Assembly: GCF_003334255.1 (NCBI RefSeq)
Contig: NZ_QOWU01000006.1
From: Escherichia coli
Lineage (GTDB): Bacteria > Pseudomonadota > Gammaproteobacteria > Enterobacterales > Enterobacteriaceae
DNA: 64,000 nucleotides
Direction: 5' to 3' (one strand)
Shown: positions 32,838 through 45,893 of the stretch, in pieces
Layout of the letters: each line of letters starts with the position of its first letter
Numbering within the stretch: position 1 is the first letter of the stretch
Notes under the pieces: generated by a model
The model's input: the letters and a program-made list of their open reading frames with translations, nothing else
Databases searched by the model: none
What the model was told of the DNA's origin: nothing
Position numbers and translations under genes: made by a program

Positions 32838-33749
32838 ATGCGACTATTTAACTGGCGACGTCAGGCGGTGTTAAACGCCATGCCACTGGTCAAACCTGAC
32901 CAGGTGCGTACACCGTGGCATGAATTCTGGCGACGATTTCGCCGTCAGCATATGGCGATGACCGCCGCATTATTCGTTATTTTATTGATTGTGGTGGCCA
33001 TTTTTGCACGCTGGATCGCTCCCTATGACGCCGAAAATTATTTTGATTATGACAATCTGAATAACGGACCTTCTTTGCAGCACTGGTTTGGCGTCGATTC
33101 ACTGGGGCGCGACATTTTCAGCCGTGTCCTGGTTGGTGCGCAAATCTCGCTGGCGGCGGGCGTGTTTGCCGTGTTTATCGGTGCGGCGATCGGGACGTTG
33201 CTGGGCTTGTTGGCTGGATATTATGAAGGCTGGTGGGATCGGTTGATCATGCGCATTTGCGATGTGCTGTTTGCCTTCCCGGGTATTTTACTGGCGATCG
33301 CTGTTGTTGCGGTGTTGGGAAGCGGCATTGCTAACGTGATTATCGCAGTCGCCATTTTTTCCATCCCCGCGTTTGCCCGACTGGTGCGCGGCAACACGCT
33401 GGTGTTGAAACAGCAAACCTTTATTGAGTCAGCACGCAGTATTGGTGCCAGCGATATGACCATTTTATTGCGTCATATCTTGCCTGGGACCGTCTCGTCT
33501 ATCGTGGTGTTTTTCACCATGCGCATTGGCACCTCGATTATCTCTGCCGCCAGCCTGTCATTTCTCGGCCTCGGTGCGCAGCCGCCGACACCAGAGTGGG
33601 GAGCAATGCTCAATGAGGCACGAGCGGATATGGTTATCGCGCCGCATGTCGCTGTTTTTCCGGCCCTGGCTATTTTTCTGACCGTACTGGCGTTCAATTT
33701 GTTGGGCGATGGTTTACGCGATGCGCTGGATCCGAAAATTAAAGGATAG
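32838..33749 (+). CDS. gsiD: Glutathione ABC transporter permease GsiD
   Basis: 303 aa; DppC/OppC-like permease; 2-nt gap after gsiC. Confidence 0.93.
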   Translation: MRLFNWRRQAVLNAMPLVKPDQVRTPWHEFWRRFRRQHMAMTAALFVILLIVVAIFARWIAPYDAENYFDYDNLNNGPSLQHWFGVDSLGRDIFSRVLVGAQISLAAGVFAVFIGAAIGTLLGLLAGYYEGWWDRLIMRICDVLFAFPGILLAIAVVAVLGSGIANVIIAVAIFSIPAFARLVRGNTLVLKQQTFIESARSIGASDMTILLRHILPGTVSSIVVFFTMRIGTSIISAASLSFLGLGAQPPTPEWGAMLNEARADMVIAPHVAVFPALAIFLTVLAFNLLGDGLRDALDPKIKG

Positions 33750-33926
33750 TTACGTTTGAATATTGCTTGAAAGGGTAATCACCTCACAGGAAATTATTGC
33801 CCTAAGCAAGTGTTGTAACTTTCTGCTGATTTTGTAGAATCGGGTAATTTGGTTAAAAAGCCGCAGCAAGGGACTATTTTTGCAGCGGCACAGCGTTCAG
33901 ATAGTTATTTTGTTAAATGTATTAAC

Positions 33927-36275
33927 ATGCTGAGTTTATACGAAAAGATAAAGATAAGGCTGATAATTTTATTTTTATTGGCAGCACTGTCATTTATTGG
34001 TCTTTTTTTCATCATTAACTATCAACTGGTATCGGAACGCGCGGTAAAACGTGCCGATAGCCGCTTTGAACTTATTCAGAAAAACGTTGGCTATTTCTTT
34101 AAAGATATTGAACGTTCGGCCCTGACATTAAAGGACTCACTGTATTTATTAAAAAATACAGAGGAGATTCAACGCGCCGTGATTCTGAAAATGGAAATGA
34201 TGCCATTTTTAGACTCGGTGGGACTGGTACTTGATGATAATAAATATTATCTCTTTTCACGGAGGGCGAATGATAAAATCGTTGTTTATCATCAGGAACA
34301 AGTAAATGGACCGCTTGTCGACGAGTCAGGGCGGGTTATTTTTGCCGATTTTAACCCATCGAAACGACCGTGGTCGGTGGCTTCAGATGACTCTAACAAC
34401 AGCTGGAATCCGGCATACAATTGCTTTGATCGTCCGGGTAAAAAATGTATCTCTTTTACGCTACGTATCAACGGCAAAGATCACGATTTGTTAGCGGTAG
34501 ATAAAATTCATGTCGATTTAAACTGGCGGTATCTGAACGAGTATCTTGATCAAATCAGCGCTAATGATGAAGTTCTATTTTTGAAACAAGGTCATGAGAT
34601 CATTGCCAAGAATCAACGCGCTCGTGAAAAACTGATTATTTATAATAGCGAAGGTAATTATAATATTATTGATTCTGTCGATACGGAGTATATTGCAAAG
34701 ACATCAGCAGTGCCAAATAATGCATTGTTCGAAATCTATTTTTATTATCCTGGCGGTAATTTATTGAACGCATCAGATAAACTTTTTTATCTACCGTTTG
34801 CGTTCATTATTATCGTGTTGCTGGTGGTATATTTCATGACCACTCGTGTGTTCCGTCGGCAATTTTCTGAAATGACCGAGCTGGTTAATACGCTGGCGTT
34901 TTTGCCCGACTCAACGGATCAGATCGAGGCTCTGAAAATTCGCGAAGGCGATGCGAAAGAGATTATCAGCATCAAAAATTCGATCGCGGAAATGAAAGAT
35001 GCCGAAATTGAACGGTCAAATAAATTGCTCTCACTGATCTCTTACGATCAGGAAAGCGGTTTTATTAAAAATATGGCGATTATTGAGTCCAACAATAATC
35101 AGTATCTGGCTGTGGGGATCATCAAACTGTGTGGTCTGGAAGCCGTGGAAGCGGTGTTTGGTGTTGATGAACGCAATAAAATCGTCAGGAAATTGTGTCA
35201 GCGAATTGCCGAGAAATATGCGCAATGCTGCGATATCGTGACATTCAATGCCGATCTCTATTTACTTCTGTGTCGGGAAAATGTACAGACATTTACCCGT
35301 AAAATAGCGATGGTAAACGATTTTGACAGCAGCTTTGGCTACCGCAATCTGCGCATCCATAAGTCTGCCATTTGTGAACCTTTGCAGGGGGAAAACGCCT
35401 GGAGTTACGCAGAAAAACTGAAACTGGCGATTTCCAGTATCCGTGACCATATGTTCTCCGAGTTTATTTTCTGTGATGACGCGAAACTCAACGAAATAGA
35501 AGAGAATATCTGGATTGCGCGTAATATTCGCCATGCAATGGAAATTGGCGAACTATTCCTCGTCTATCAACCGATCGTTGATATTAACACCCGCGCCATT
35601 CTGGGCGCGGAGGCGTTGTGCCGTTGGGTTTCTGCGGAGCGGGGGATCATTTCACCGCTGAAGTTCATTACCATTGCTGAAGATATCGGGTTTATCAATG
35701 AGCTGGGTTATCAGATTATTAAAACGGCAATGGGTGAATTCAGACATTTTAGTCAGCGTGCGTCGCTGAAGGATGATTTCTTACTGCATATTAATGTTTC
35801 GCCCTGGCAGTTAAACGAACCGCACTTTCATGAGCGTTTTACCACCATCATGAAAGAAAATGGCCTGAAGGCGAACAGCCTCTGTGTTGAGATCACTGAA
35901 ACCGTGATAGAGCGAATTAATGAACATTTTTATCTCAATATTGAACAACTGCGTAAACAAGGGGTACGGATATCGATTGATGACTTTGGCACCGGTTTGT
36001 CAAACCTGAAACGTTTTTATGAAATTAATCCAGACAGCATAAAGGTGGACTCGCAATTTACCGGCGATATTTTCGGTACTGCGGGAAAAATTGTGCGCAT
36101 TATTTTCGATCTGGCACGCTATAACCGGATCCCGGTGATTGCGGAAGGCGTAGAGAGCGAAGACGTTGCGCGCGAATTAATTAAATTAGGATGTGTTCAG
36201 GCTCAGGGGTATCTGTACCAGAAACCCATGCCATTCTCCGCCTGGGATAAAAGTGGAAAATTAGTTAAAGAGTAG
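33927..36275 (+). CDS. pdeI: Membrane-anchored c-di-GMP phosphodiesterase PdeI (YliE; EAL domain)
   Basis: 782-aa product from ATG 33927 ([12 protein letters not shown]...); two TM segments flanking a large periplasmic region; C-terminal EAL domain (EALCRW...). Sequence is visibly AT-rich. Confidence 0.88.
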   Translation: MLSLYEKIKIRLIILFLLAALSFIGLFFIINYQLVSERAVKRADSRFELIQKNVGYFFKDIERSALTLKDSLYLLKNTEEIQRAVILKMEMMPFLDSVGLVLDDNKYYLFSRRANDKIVVYHQEQVNGPLVDESGRVIFADFNPSKRPWSVASDDSNNSWNPAYNCFDRPGKKCISFTLRINGKDHDLLAVDKIHVDLNWRYLNEYLDQISANDEVLFLKQGHEIIAKNQRAREKLIIYNSEGNYNIIDSVDTEYIAKTSAVPNNALFEIYFYYPGGNLLNASDKLFYLPFAFIIIVLLVVYFMTTRVFRRQFSEMTELVNTLAFLPDSTDQIEALKIREGDAKEIISIKNSIAEMKDAEIERSNKLLSLISYDQESGFIKNMAIIESNNNQYLAVGIIKLCGLEAVEAVFGVDERNKIVRKLCQRIAEKYAQCCDIVTFNADLYLLLCRENVQTFTRKIAMVNDFDSSFGYRNLRIHKSAICEPLQGENAWSYAEKLKLAISSIRDHMFSEFIFCDDAKLNEIEENIWIARNIRHAMEIGELFLVYQPIVDINTRAILGAEALCRWVSAERGIISPLKFITIAEDIGFINELGYQIIKTAMGEFRHFSQRASLKDDFLLHINVSPWQLNEPHFHERFTTIMKENGLKANSLCVEITETVIERINEHFYLNIEQLRKQGVRISIDDFGTGLSNLKRFYEINPDSIKVDSQFTGDIFGTAGKIVRIIFDLARYNRIPVIAEGVESEDVARELIKLGCVQAQGYLYQKPMPFSAWDKSGKLVKE

Positions 36276-36282
36276 TTTACGT

Positions 36283-37611
36283 ATGTCCAGAATCAATAAG
36301 TTCGTACTTACAGTCAGTCTGCTGATTTTTATCATGATTTCAGCAGTTGCCTGCGGGATCTACACTCAAATGGTAAAGGAACGGGTGTATAGCCTGAAAC
36401 AGTCCGTTATTGATACTGCTTTTGCGGTGGCAAATATTGCTGAATATCGGCGTAGCGTGGCAATTGATCTTATCAACACGCTAAATCCCACGGAGGAACA
36501 GCTGTTGGTTGGTTTGCGCACAGCTTACGCCGACTCGGTTTCCCCCTCTTATTTGTACGATGTCGGTCCTTATCTGATTTCCAGTGACGAATGTATTCAG
36601 GTAAAGGAGTTCGAGAAAAATTATTGTGCAGATATTATGCAGGTTGTGAAGTATCGACATGTCAAAAATACAGGGTTTATCTCTTTTGACGGTAAAACCT
36701 TCGTCTATTACCTCTATCCGGTAACTCACAATCGTAGTCTGATATTTTTGCTTGGTCTGGAGCGTTTTTCTTTACTGTCAAAATCGCTGGTGATGGACAG
36801 CGAGAACCTGATGTTCTCTCTATTTAAGAACGGTAAACCGGTGACCGGTGATGAATATTATGCTAAAAACGCCATCTTCACCGTTTCGGAAGCGATGGAG
36901 CACTTCGCCTATTTGCCGACCGGATTGTACGTATTTGCGTATAAAAAAGATGTTTATTTGCGGGTCTGTACATTGATTATTTTCTTTGCCGCATTGGTGG
37001 CAGTGATATCGGGTACCAGTTGCCTCTATCTGGTACGCAGAGTGATTAATCGTGGTATTGTGGAGAAAGAAGCCATCATTAATAACCATTTTGAACGCGT
37101 ACTGGATGGCGGGCTTTTCTTTTCGGCTGCCGATGTCAAAAAACTCTACAGTATGTATAACTCGGCGTTCCTGGACGACCTGACCAAAGCAATGGGCAGA
37201 AAATCCTTTGACGAAGATTTAAAAGCGCTGCCGGAAAAAGGCGGTTATTTGTGCCTGTTTGACGTCGATAAATTCAAAAACATTAACGACACCTTCGGTC
37301 ATTTGCTGGGCGATGAAGTGTTGATGAAAGTGGTGAAAATCCTTAAATCACAGATCCCGGTAGATAAAGGTAAAATCTACCGCTTCGGCGGTGACGAATT
37401 TGCGGTGATTTATACGGGTGGAACGCTGGAAGAGTTGCTATCGATTCTAAAAGAAATCGTTCATTTCCAGGTGGGAAGCATTAATTTAAGTACCAGTATC
37501 GGTGTAGCGCATTCAAATGAATGTACCACCGTCGAACGCTTGAAAATGCTGGCGGATGAGCGGCTGTATAAGAGTAAGAAAAACGGCAGGGCTCAGATTA
37601 GCTGGCAGTAA
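36283..37611 (+). CDS. dgcI: Membrane-anchored diguanylate cyclase DgcI (YliF; GGDEF domain)
   Basis: 442 aa; N-terminal TM/periplasmic sensor region, C-terminal GGDEF active site RFGGDEF; 7-nt gap after pdeI. Confidence 0.92.
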   Translation: MSRINKFVLTVSLLIFIMISAVACGIYTQMVKERVYSLKQSVIDTAFAVANIAEYRRSVAIDLINTLNPTEEQLLVGLRTAYADSVSPSYLYDVGPYLISSDECIQVKEFEKNYCADIMQVVKYRHVKNTGFISFDGKTFVYYLYPVTHNRSLIFLLGLERFSLLSKSLVMDSENLMFSLFKNGKPVTGDEYYAKNAIFTVSEAMEHFAYLPTGLYVFAYKKDVYLRVCTLIIFFAALVAVISGTSCLYLVRRVINRGIVEKEAIINNHFERVLDGGLFFSAADVKKLYSMYNSAFLDDLTKAMGRKSFDEDLKALPEKGGYLCLFDVDKFKNINDTFGHLLGDEVLMKVVKILKSQIPVDKGKIYRFGGDEFAVIYTGGTLEELLSILKEIVHFQVGSINLSTSIGVAHSNECTTVERLKMLADERLYKSKKNGRAQISWQ

Positions 37612-37657
37612 TCATTATTCGCAGGCCGGACAAATGATTTTGCCCGGCCTGAATTAA

Positions 37658-38983
37658 TTAAACCCGGCTACCCCACAAATCGTACTCATCGGCGTGCTCG
37701 ACTTTCACACGCAGGATATCACCCGGCTTAACGTTGGTTTCACCATTGAGATAAACCGCGCCGTCGATTTCCGGTGCATCTGCCATGCTGCGACCAATCG
37801 CGCCTTCTTCGTCCACTTCGTCGATAATCACCAGAATTTCACGGCCCACTTTCTCTTGCAGGCGCTCGGCGGAAATCTGCTGCTGCAGCTGCATGAAACG
37901 GTTCCAGCGTTCTTCTTTAACTTCTTCCGGAACCTGGTCAGGCAGGGCATTGGCGTCTGCACCTTCAACCGGGCTGTATTTAAAGCAGCCAACGCGATCC
38001 AGACGCGCTTCTTTCAGGAAGTCGAGTAGCATCTGGAAATCTTCTTCTGTCTCGCCAGGGAAGCCGACAATAAAGGTTGAGCGTAGGGTCAGTTCCGGGC
38101 AGATTTCGCGCCACTGTTTGATGCGCGCCAGTTGGCGATCTACAGAACCCGGACGCTTCATCAGTTTGAGAATGCGCGGGCTGGCGTGCTGCAACGGAAT
38201 GTCCAGATACGGCAGGATTTTGCCTTCTGCCATCAGTGGGATGACGTCGTCCACATGCGGATAAGGGTAAACGTAGTGCAGACGTGTCCAGATCCCCAGT
38301 TTCGATAACTGTTCGCACAGGCTGACCATGCTGGTTTTTACCGGCTCGCCGTTGTGGAAGCCAGTACGATGTTTAACATCAACGCCATAGGCGGAAGTAT
38401 CCTGCGAGATCACCAGAATCTCTTTAACGCCCGCATCTACCAGACGTTTCGCTTCACTTAACACTTCGCCAATCGGACGGCTCACCAGGTCGCCGCGCAT
38501 AGACGGAATAATGCAGAAGGTGCAGCGGTGATTACAGCCTTCCGAAATTTTCAGATAGGCATAATGACGCGGCGTCAGTTTCACACCTTGTTCTGGCACC
38601 AGGCTCAGGAATGGGTTGTGTTTCGGTTTTGGCACGTAGTGATGAACGTGCTCCAGAACCTGCTCATAGCTATGAGGCCCGGTGATTTCCAGCACTTTCG
38701 GGTGGACTTCGCGGATCTGATCTTCTTTTGCCCCCAGACAACCGGTCACAATTACCTTGCCGTTTTCATTCAACGCTTCACCAATGGCTTCCAGTGATTC
38801 TTGTACCGCGCTGTCAATAAAGCCGCAGGTGTTGACGATCACCATGTCCGCATCGTCATAGCTCGGTACCACGTCATAACCTTCAGTGCGTAGTTCGGTG
38901 AGAATACGCTCTGAATCGACAAGGTTTTTCGGACAGCCAAGGGAAACAAAGCCGATTTTCGGCTGGGGAGTTACTTTGCTCAT
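37658..38983 (-). CDS. rimO: Ribosomal protein S12 methylthiotransferase RimO (radical SAM MTTase)
   Basis: 441 aa; radical-SAM CX3CX2C (CNHRCTFC) and N-terminal MTTase Cys triad. Confidence 0.95.
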
Positions 38984-39195
38984 AGCTTAAAAAATATTCA
39001 GTTACAGGAAAGGTCAGGGCAGGGATTCTACAGAGTTCTGGATAAAATTTGTATCGCAATCTCATTCGCTGGCGGAGGCGAAGGAAATGTAAATTTTGTT
39101 AATTCGGCGTGAAGAATTGATCCTGGACAGCATTTTGCTCAAAAAATAGCCATACTATTTAATTGCAACAAGGCTGGAAAGAGGAGGATCGAAGT

Positions 39196-39579
39196 ATGTT
39201 CGTTGACAGACAGCGAATCGATCTGCTGAACCGGTTGATCGACGCACGCGTTGACCTCGCTGCATACGTGCAACTGAGGAAGGCAAAAGGATACATGTCC
39301 GTCAGCGAAAGCAATCATCTACGAGATAACTTTTTTAAACTGAATCGCGAACTGCACGATAAATCGCTGCGGTTGAATCTTCATCTGGATCAGGAAGAGT
39401 GGAGTGCTCTTCATCATGCTGAAGAAGCATTAGCGACAGCCGCAGTATGTTTGATGAGTGGGCACCATGATTGCCCGACTGTTATTACCGTCAACGCCGA
39501 TAAGCTTGAAAATTGTCTGATGAGCTTAACGCTGAGTATCCAGAGCCTGCAGAAGCACGCCATGCTTGAGAAGGCCTGA
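39196..39579 (+). CDS. bssR: Biofilm regulator BssR
   Basis: 127-aa product MFVDRQRIDLLNRL...; GAGGAGGA RBS 8 nt upstream of ATG 39196. Track ORF starts 11 codons earlier. Confidence 0.88.
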   Translation: MFVDRQRIDLLNRLIDARVDLAAYVQLRKAKGYMSVSESNHLRDNFFKLNRELHDKSLRLNLHLDQEEWSALHHAEEALATAAVCLMSGHHDCPTVITVNADKLENCLMSLTLSIQSLQKHAMLEKA

Positions 39580-39689
39580 AAACTAAGGGGGAGAAAGCGT
39601 CTCCCCCTTCATGTTTAAGTTTTTGTAAAAATGAATTTGTTATCTCCTCCACTGACTACGCTTTAAGCCAGAGTCAATCCGGAGGCGTT

Positions 39690-40805
39690 ATGCATCGACA
39701 ATTCTTTTTCCTTGTGCCCCTTATTTGTCTTTCTTCCGCTCTCTGGGCGGCTCCTGCAACGGTAAATGTCGAAGTACTGCAAGACAAACTCGACCATCCC
39801 TGGGCACTGGCCTTTTTACCCGATAATCACGGTATGTTAATCACTCTGCGCGGCGGCGAGTTGCGTCACTGGCAAGCAGGAAAAGGATTATCTGCGCCGC
39901 TTTCCGGAGTTCCGGACGTTTGGGCGCACGGGCAGGGCGGCCTGCTGGACGTGGTTTTAGCGCCTGATTTTGCTCAGTCTCGCCGCATCTGGTTAAGTTA
40001 TTCCGAAGTTGGCGATGATGGCAAAGCCGGAACTGCTGTGGGTTATGGCCGCTTAAGTGATGATCTCTCAAAAGTGACCGACTTCCGCACCGTCTTCCGC
40101 CAGATGCCAAAACTGTCTACCGGCAACCATTTTGGCGGGCGGCTGGTATTCGACGGTAAAGGTTATCTTTTTATTGCTCTGGGCGAAAACAATCAGCGCC
40201 CGACGGCGCAGGATCTGGATAAATTACAGGGCAAACTGGTGCGTCTGACCGACCAGGGCGAAATCCCGGATGATAATCCTTTTATAAAGGAATCCGGTGT
40301 GCGCGCCGAGATCTGGTCTTATGGCATTCGTAATCCGCAAGGAATGGCGATGAATCCGTGGAGTAATGCACTGTGGCTGAATGAACATGGCCCGCGCGGT
40401 GGTGATGAAATTAATATCCCGCAAAAAGGCAAAAACTACGGCTGGCCGCTGGCAACCTGGGGAATCAACTATTCAGGCTTTAAGATACCGGAAGCGAAAG
40501 GGGAGATCGTCGCCGGGACCGAGCAACCTGTTTTTTACTGGAAAGATTCGCCCGCTGTGAGCGGCATGGCCTTCTATAACAGCGATAAATTCCCCCAGTG
40601 GCAGCAAAAATTATTTATTGGCGCGCTGAAAGATAAAGATGTCATTGTGATGAGCGTCAACGGCGACAAAGTGACAGAAGATGGCCGTATTTTAACGGAC
40701 AGAGGGCAGCGAATTCGTGATGTTCGCACTGGACCCGACGGTTATTTATACGTTCTCACCGACGAGTCCAGTGGGGAATTACTTAAAGTTAGCCCACGCA
40801 ATTAG
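39690..40805 (+). CDS. yliI: Soluble aldose sugar dehydrogenase YliI (PQQ-dependent beta-propeller)
   Basis: 371 aa with signal peptide; GGAGG RBS. Confidence 0.92.
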
Positions 40806-41428
40806 CTAACGGGAATCATCACCACTTTGCGCACTGCGGGGCGTTCAGTGAGTTGCTGATACCAGCGTTGCAGATTTGGACGCGGTGTCCAGGTCAGGCC
40901 AACGTTAAACAAATTGTAGATGAACGGTGCGATAGCGATATCGCCCACACCAAACTCGTCGCCAGAGAACCATTTTACTTTTGCCAGTTCCGCATCGAGC
41001 AGGGCAAACAGGGCGTCGCACTCTTTGCAACTGGCATCAATGGCGGCCTGATCGCGCTCTTCCGGTGGTGTTCTGACTAATCCCATCAGGATCCCGCGAT
41101 GAGCATTACTGAGCGTCTGGTTTGCCCAGTCCATCCATTTTTCCGCTTCCGCACGACGTGCCGGTGAGTCGATCCACAGACGTTTTTGCCCGTACTGTGC
41201 CGCCAGATAGCGGACAATGGCGTTTGATTCCCAAAGAATGAGATCACTTTCGTCGTCACGCAACAACGGCACCAGCCCGTTAGGGTTCATCGCCAGAAAA
41301 TCAGCATCGTGATTTATCCCAAACTCACGGCCCGCGAGAATTTGCTCATAAGGTAGTTCCAGTTCTTCGAGCGTCAGCAATACTTTTTTTACGTTGGTTG
41401 AATTATTCCGACCCCACAGCGTAATCAT
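40802..41428 (-). CDS. gstB: Glutathione S-transferase GstB
   Basis: 208-aa product from ATG 41428 ([12 protein letters not shown]...); GST N- and C-terminal domains. Converges on yliI with a 4-nt overlap. Confidence 0.88.
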
Positions 41429-41674
41429 ACTCACCCCTTTTCCGACAGGCAGCCACAGGCTGAACAGGACTCCGATGGTGAAGTAAAGTTAACTTTTAAG
41501 CAACAGCTGGCAAAAAAATGACACCAGAAGCAGCGAAGCGGCAGGATATTGCATAAACTTTAAAAACTTTACCAACTTACGGTTTCTTTAAGTTTGTGTG
41601 TGCGTTATTAATCACCGAACTTATCATACGGCGATATAACGTATTTTTTTTGAATGGATACTCGGGTGGCATTT

Positions 41675-42877
41675 ATGACGCAATACTCCTCTCTCCTTCG
41701 TGGTCTTGCAGCAGGTTCTGCATTTTTATTCCTTTTTGCCCCAACGGCATTCGCGGCGGAACAAACCGTTGAAGCGCCGAGCGTGGATGCGCGTGCATGG
41801 ATTTTAATGGATTACGCCAGCGGTAAAGTGCTGGCAGAAGGCAACGCGGATGAGAAACTGGATCCCGCGAGCCTGACTAAAATCATGACCAGCTATGTGG
41901 TTGGGCAGGCGCTTAAGGCCGATAAGATTAAACTCACCGATATGGTGACGGTCGGTAAAGATGCCTGGGCGACGGGAAATCCGGCACTGCGTGGTTCATC
42001 GGTAATGTTCCTCAAACCGGGCGATCAGGTTTCGGTGGCAGACTTGAACAAAGGTGTGATTATCCAGTCCGGTAATGACGCCTGTATTGCGCTGGCCGAT
42101 TACGTTGCCGGGAGCCAGGAGTCATTCATTGGTTTGATGAATGGTTATGCCAAAAAACTGGGTCTGACCAACACTACCTTCCAGACGGTGCACGGTCTGG
42201 ATGCGCCGGGGCAGTTCAGTACCGCGCGCGATATGGCATTGCTGGGTAAAGCATTGATCCACGATGTGCCGGAAGAGTACGCCATTCATAAAGAGAAAGA
42301 GTTCACCTTCAACAAAATTCGTCAGCCTAACCGTAACCGTCTGCTGTGGAGCAGCAATCTGAATGTTGATGGCATGAAGACAGGAACCACGGCAGGCGCG
42401 GGATATAATCTGGTTGCTTCGGCTACCCAGGGCGATATGCGTTTAATCTCCGTAGTGCTGGGGGCGAAAACTGACCGTATCCGTTTTAATGAGTCTGAGA
42501 AATTATTGACCTGGGGTTTCCGCTTCTTTGAAACCGTGACGCCAATTAAACCTGATGCCACCTTTGTGACTCAGCGCGTCTGGTTTGGTGATAAGAGCGA
42601 AGTGAATCTCGGGGCAGGTGAAGCGGGCTCAGTGACCATACCGCGTGGGCAGCTGAAAAACCTGAAAGCGAGTTATACGTTAACGGAACCGCAGCTTACC
42701 GCACCGCTGAAAAAAGGTCAGGTTGTCGGGACCATTGATTTCCAGCTTAACGGTAAATCCATTGAGCAGCGTCCGCTGATCGTGATGGAAAATGTGGAAG
42801 AGGGCGGATTCTTTGGTCGGATGTGGGATTTCGTGATGATGAAATTCCATCAGTGGTTCGGCAGCTGGTTCTCTTAA
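41675..42877 (+). CDS. dacC: D-alanyl-D-alanine carboxypeptidase DacC (PBP6)
   Basis: 400-aa product from ATG 41675; signal peptide, SXXK (SLTK), SGN and KTG motifs. Confidence 0.9.
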   Translation: MTQYSSLLRGLAAGSAFLFLFAPTAFAAEQTVEAPSVDARAWILMDYASGKVLAEGNADEKLDPASLTKIMTSYVVGQALKADKIKLTDMVTVGKDAWATGNPALRGSSVMFLKPGDQVSVADLNKGVIIQSGNDACIALADYVAGSQESFIGLMNGYAKKLGLTNTTFQTVHGLDAPGQFSTARDMALLGKALIHDVPEEYAIHKEKEFTFNKIRQPNRNRLLWSSNLNVDGMKTGTTAGAGYNLVASATQGDMRLISVVLGAKTDRIRFNESEKLLTWGFRFFETVTPIKPDATFVTQRVWFGDKSEVNLGAGEAGSVTIPRGQLKNLKASYTLTEPQLTAPLKKGQVVGTIDFQLNGKSIEQRPLIVMENVEEGGFFGRMWDFVMMKFHQWFGSWFS

Positions 42878-42884
42878 TCTTCTG

Positions 42885-42917
42885 ATAACCGGATGGCGCG
42901 AAACGTCATCCGGTTAT
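42885..42917. terminator. Strong hairpin between convergent dacC and deoR (terminator-like, weak U-tracts)
   Basis: ATAACCGGATGgcgcgaaacgtCATCCGGTTAT: 11-bp perfect stem. Confidence 0.5.
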
Positions 42918-42923
42918 ACGTCA

Positions 42924-43682
42924 TTAATACATCAACTTAATGCGCTGCGTCTGCGCGTACTTCACATACTCATCTTCCGGGCAACAATCGCTCACCACAA
43001 TATCAAAGCGTTTCAGGTCACCCATGCGCGCCGGACGCACCTTGCCAAATTTACTGTGGTCGACAACCAGCACATGCTTTTGCGCCATCGACATGGCCCA
43101 GTGTTTTACCGGCAACTCTTCAAGATTAAAACAGGTAGCGCCTTTACTGACATGCACGCCCGCCGCGGAATAAAAAGCGATATCCGGGCAAAAATTATTC
43201 AACGTTTGCTGAAAATCGATGGGTTTGAAAATGGCGTTGCTGGCGTGAAATTCACCACCGCACAGAAATGCGCGGCAATGGGGTTTCTCTTTCAGCGCCA
43301 GAAAGGTATTTAGCGAATAACAAACGGCGGTAAAAGGGATTTCATTATCAATCGCTTCAATAATCCACGGCGTGGTGGTGCCACAGTCAAAAAAGAGGGT
43401 CTGATCGGGTTCTACCAGCGTCGCAGCCAGTTTTGCCGCCCGGCGTTTTTCTTCCACCAGGCGGGATTTTTGATCGCTTAACAGGTAATGGCTGGCACTG
43501 CGCGGTTCCAGAACAATATAGCCGCCGAGCAAAACGACGGGCGCACTGTGGTTGTTCAGATCGCGACGAATCGTCATCTCCGAAACCCCAAGCAGGGCGG
43601 CGGCGTCTTTAAGATGTAACTTATCGCTGCGTTTTAATTCTTGCAGCAGCTGCCCGATACGCTCTTCGCGACGTGTTTCCAT
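42924..43682 (-). CDS. deoR: Deoxyribose operon repressor DeoR
   Basis: 252 aa; N-terminal HTH (DeoR family) plus sugar-phosphate-binding domain. Confidence 0.95.
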   Translation of the reverse strand: METRREERIGQLLQELKRSDKLHLKDAAALLGVSEMTIRRDLNNHSAPVVLLGGYIVLEPRSASHYLLSDQKSRLVEEKRRAAKLAATLVEPDQTLFFDCGTTTPWIIEAIDNEIPFTAVCYSLNTFLALKEKPHCRAFLCGGEFHASNAIFKPIDFQQTLNNFCPDIAFYSAAGVHVSKGATCFNLEELPVKHWAMSMAQKHVLVVDHSKFGKVRPARMGDLKRFDIVVSDCCPEDEYVKYAQTQRIKLMY

Positions 43683-43739
43683 AATCCCTCTGAATAGTTA
43701 TTGAAGCGAGCCGCTCAATACTACACTTTTTAGCAGAGA

Positions 43740-44336
43740 TCAGTCACGCACCCAGCCTTTGCGGATCGGTAATGCAAAACAGACGCGATACCACGATTGC
43801 AGACGTTGATAGAGTTTATGCCCCATCGCTTGCCAGATAATCTGGGCACTAAGGCAGCCAATCATACCTGCCAGCAATCCACCGAGCATATCCAGCGGCC
43901 AGTGGACGCCAAGATAAACGCGCGACCAGGCAATGACGACGGCCAGCACCATTAAAAGTGAGCCGGACCACAGGCGATGCCAGCATAAAAATGCCAGTGC
44001 AAAGGTGAAAATCACCGTACCGTGATCGCTTGGGAATGAGTCATCCGCCGCATGATGCAGGAAGTTATAGCCGATATTTTCGACAAAGGGTCGGTCGTGC
44101 GGAAAAAGATGTCCCATCGTCCAGGACACAAACAGGCTGACCGCCAGCGCGATAGCGATTTTTATCACCAGTTGCCGTTGTGCTGTAAGCCCCCACAACC
44201 AAAGTACCACGGCCAGCAACGGCACCACGGTAATCAAATCTTTAGCAATAAAAATCGCCAACGAGATCATCCACGGAGCCGAGTCTGGCGTCGCGTTAAT
44301 AAGAGAGAATAGAGAGAGATTCAAATTTTCCAGCAT
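43740..44336 (-). CDS. ybjG: Undecaprenyl-pyrophosphate phosphatase YbjG (PAP2 family)
   Basis: 198-aa product from ATG 44336 (MLENLNLSLF...); PAP2 motifs (PSDH, SRVYLGVHWPLD). Confidence 0.88.
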   Translation of the reverse strand: MLENLNLSLFSLINATPDSAPWMISLAIFIAKDLITVVPLLAVVLWLWGLTAQRQLVIKIAIALAVSLFVSWTMGHLFPHDRPFVENIGYNFLHHAADDSFPSDHGTVIFTFALAFLCWHRLWSGSLLMVLAVVIAWSRVYLGVHWPLDMLGGLLAGMIGCLSAQIIWQAMGHKLYQRLQSWYRVCFALPIRKGWVRD

Positions 44337-44620
44337 AACTTCCCGACGCAAAGTGATTAAAAGGGAGCCAATACAGGCAAGTCGTTGAGAATAAAGTGCA
44401 GGTTAAACTGGGTAAAGCGGCATCGTCTTATTTCCCTCAAGCGGCCTGTTTACGGTGGGTGATTGTAACGGGCATAGGTTAAATAAAACTTAAAGAAAGC
44501 GTAGCTATACTCGCAATAATGTAAGAATGTGCTTAACCGTGGTTTCAGCTACAAAATTCGCTTTCTCGTTAGCTGCGCTTTTATTAAACTCTGCGCGATT
44601 ATTATTGGCGAAGAAATTGC

Positions 44621-45853
44621 ATGCAAAATAAATTAGCTTCCGGTGCCAGGCTTGGACGTCAGGCGTTACTTTTCCCTCTCTGTCTGGTGCTTTACGAATT
44701 TTCAACCTATATCGGCAACGATATGATTCAACCCGGTATGTTGGCCGTGGTGGAACAATATCAGGCGGGCATTGATTGGGTTCCTACTTCAATGACCGCA
44801 TATCTGGCGGGCGGGATGTTTTTACAATGGCTCCTGGGGCCGCTGTCGGATCGTATTGGTCGCCGTCCGGTGATGCTGGCGGGGGTGGTGTGGTTTATCA
44901 TCACCTGTCTGGCAATATTGCTGGCGCAAAACATTGAACAATTCACCCTGTTGCGCTTCTTGCAGGGCATAAGCCTCTGTTTCATTGGCGCTGTGGGATA
45001 CGCCGCAATTCAGGAATCCTTCGAAGAGGCGGTTTGTATCAAGATCACCGCGCTGATGGCGAACGTGGCGCTGATTGCTCCGCTACTTGGTCCGCTGGTG
45101 GGCGCGGCGTGGATCCATGTGCTGCCCTGGGAGGGGATGTTTGTTTTGTTTGCCGCATTGGCAGCGATCTCCTTTTTCGGTCTGCAACGAGCCATGCCTG
45201 AAACCGCCACGCGTATAGGCGAGAAACTGTCACTGAAAGAACTCGGTCGTGACTATAAGCTGGTGCTGAAGAACGGCCGCTTTGTGGCGGGGGCGCTGGC
45301 GCTGGGATTCGTTAGCCTGCCATTGCTGGCGTGGATCGCCCAGTCGCCGATTATCATCATTACCGGCGAGCAGTTGAGCAGCTATGAATATGGCTTGCTG
45401 CAAGTGCCTATTTTCGGGGCGTTAATTGCGGGTAACTTGCTGTTAGCGCGTTTGACCTCGCGCCGCACCGTACGTTCGCTGATAATTATGGGCGGCTGGC
45501 CGATTATGATTGGTCTGTTGGTCGCTGCTGCGGCAACGGTTATCTCATCGCACGCGTATTTATGGATGACTGCCGGGTTAAGTATTTATGCTTTCGGTAT
45601 TGGTCTGGCGAATGCGGGACTGGTGCGATTAACCCTGTTTGCCAGCGATATGAGTAAAGGTACGGTTTCTGCGGCGATGGGAATGCTGCAAATGCTGATC
45701 TTTACCGTTGGTATTGAAATCAGCAAACATGCCTGGCTGAACGGGGGCAACGGACAGTTTAATCTCTTCAACCTTGTCAACGGAATTTTGTGGCTGTCGC
45801 TGATGGTTATCTTTTTAAAAGATAAACAGATGGGAAATTCTCACGAAGGGTAA
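44621..45853 (+). CDS. mdfA: MFS multidrug efflux transporter MdfA (Cmr)
   Basis: 410 aa, 12-TM MFS; N-terminus [30 protein letters not shown]. Confidence 0.95.
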   Translation: MQNKLASGARLGRQALLFPLCLVLYEFSTYIGNDMIQPGMLAVVEQYQAGIDWVPTSMTAYLAGGMFLQWLLGPLSDRIGRRPVMLAGVVWFIITCLAILLAQNIEQFTLLRFLQGISLCFIGAVGYAAIQESFEEAVCIKITALMANVALIAPLLGPLVGAAWIHVLPWEGMFVLFAALAAISFFGLQRAMPETATRIGEKLSLKELGRDYKLVLKNGRFVAGALALGFVSLPLLAWIAQSPIIIITGEQLSSYEYGLLQVPIFGALIAGNLLLARLTSRRTVRSLIIMGGWPIMIGLLVAAAATVISSHAYLWMTAGLSIYAFGIGLANAGLVRLTLFASDMSKGTVSAAMGMLQMLIFTVGIEISKHAWLNGGNGQFNLFNLVNGILWLSLMVIFLKDKQMGNSHEG

Positions 45854-45887
45854 AAAAATGCCTGACTGCTTTGTGCGATCAGGCATT
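45852..45887 (-). terminator. Intrinsic terminator shared by convergent mdfA and ybjH (U-tract on minus strand)
   Basis: AAAAAAATGCCTGActgctttgtgcgaTCAGGCATT: on the minus strand the stem is followed by TTTTTTT. Confidence 0.75.
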
Positions 45888-45893
45888 CTCGAA

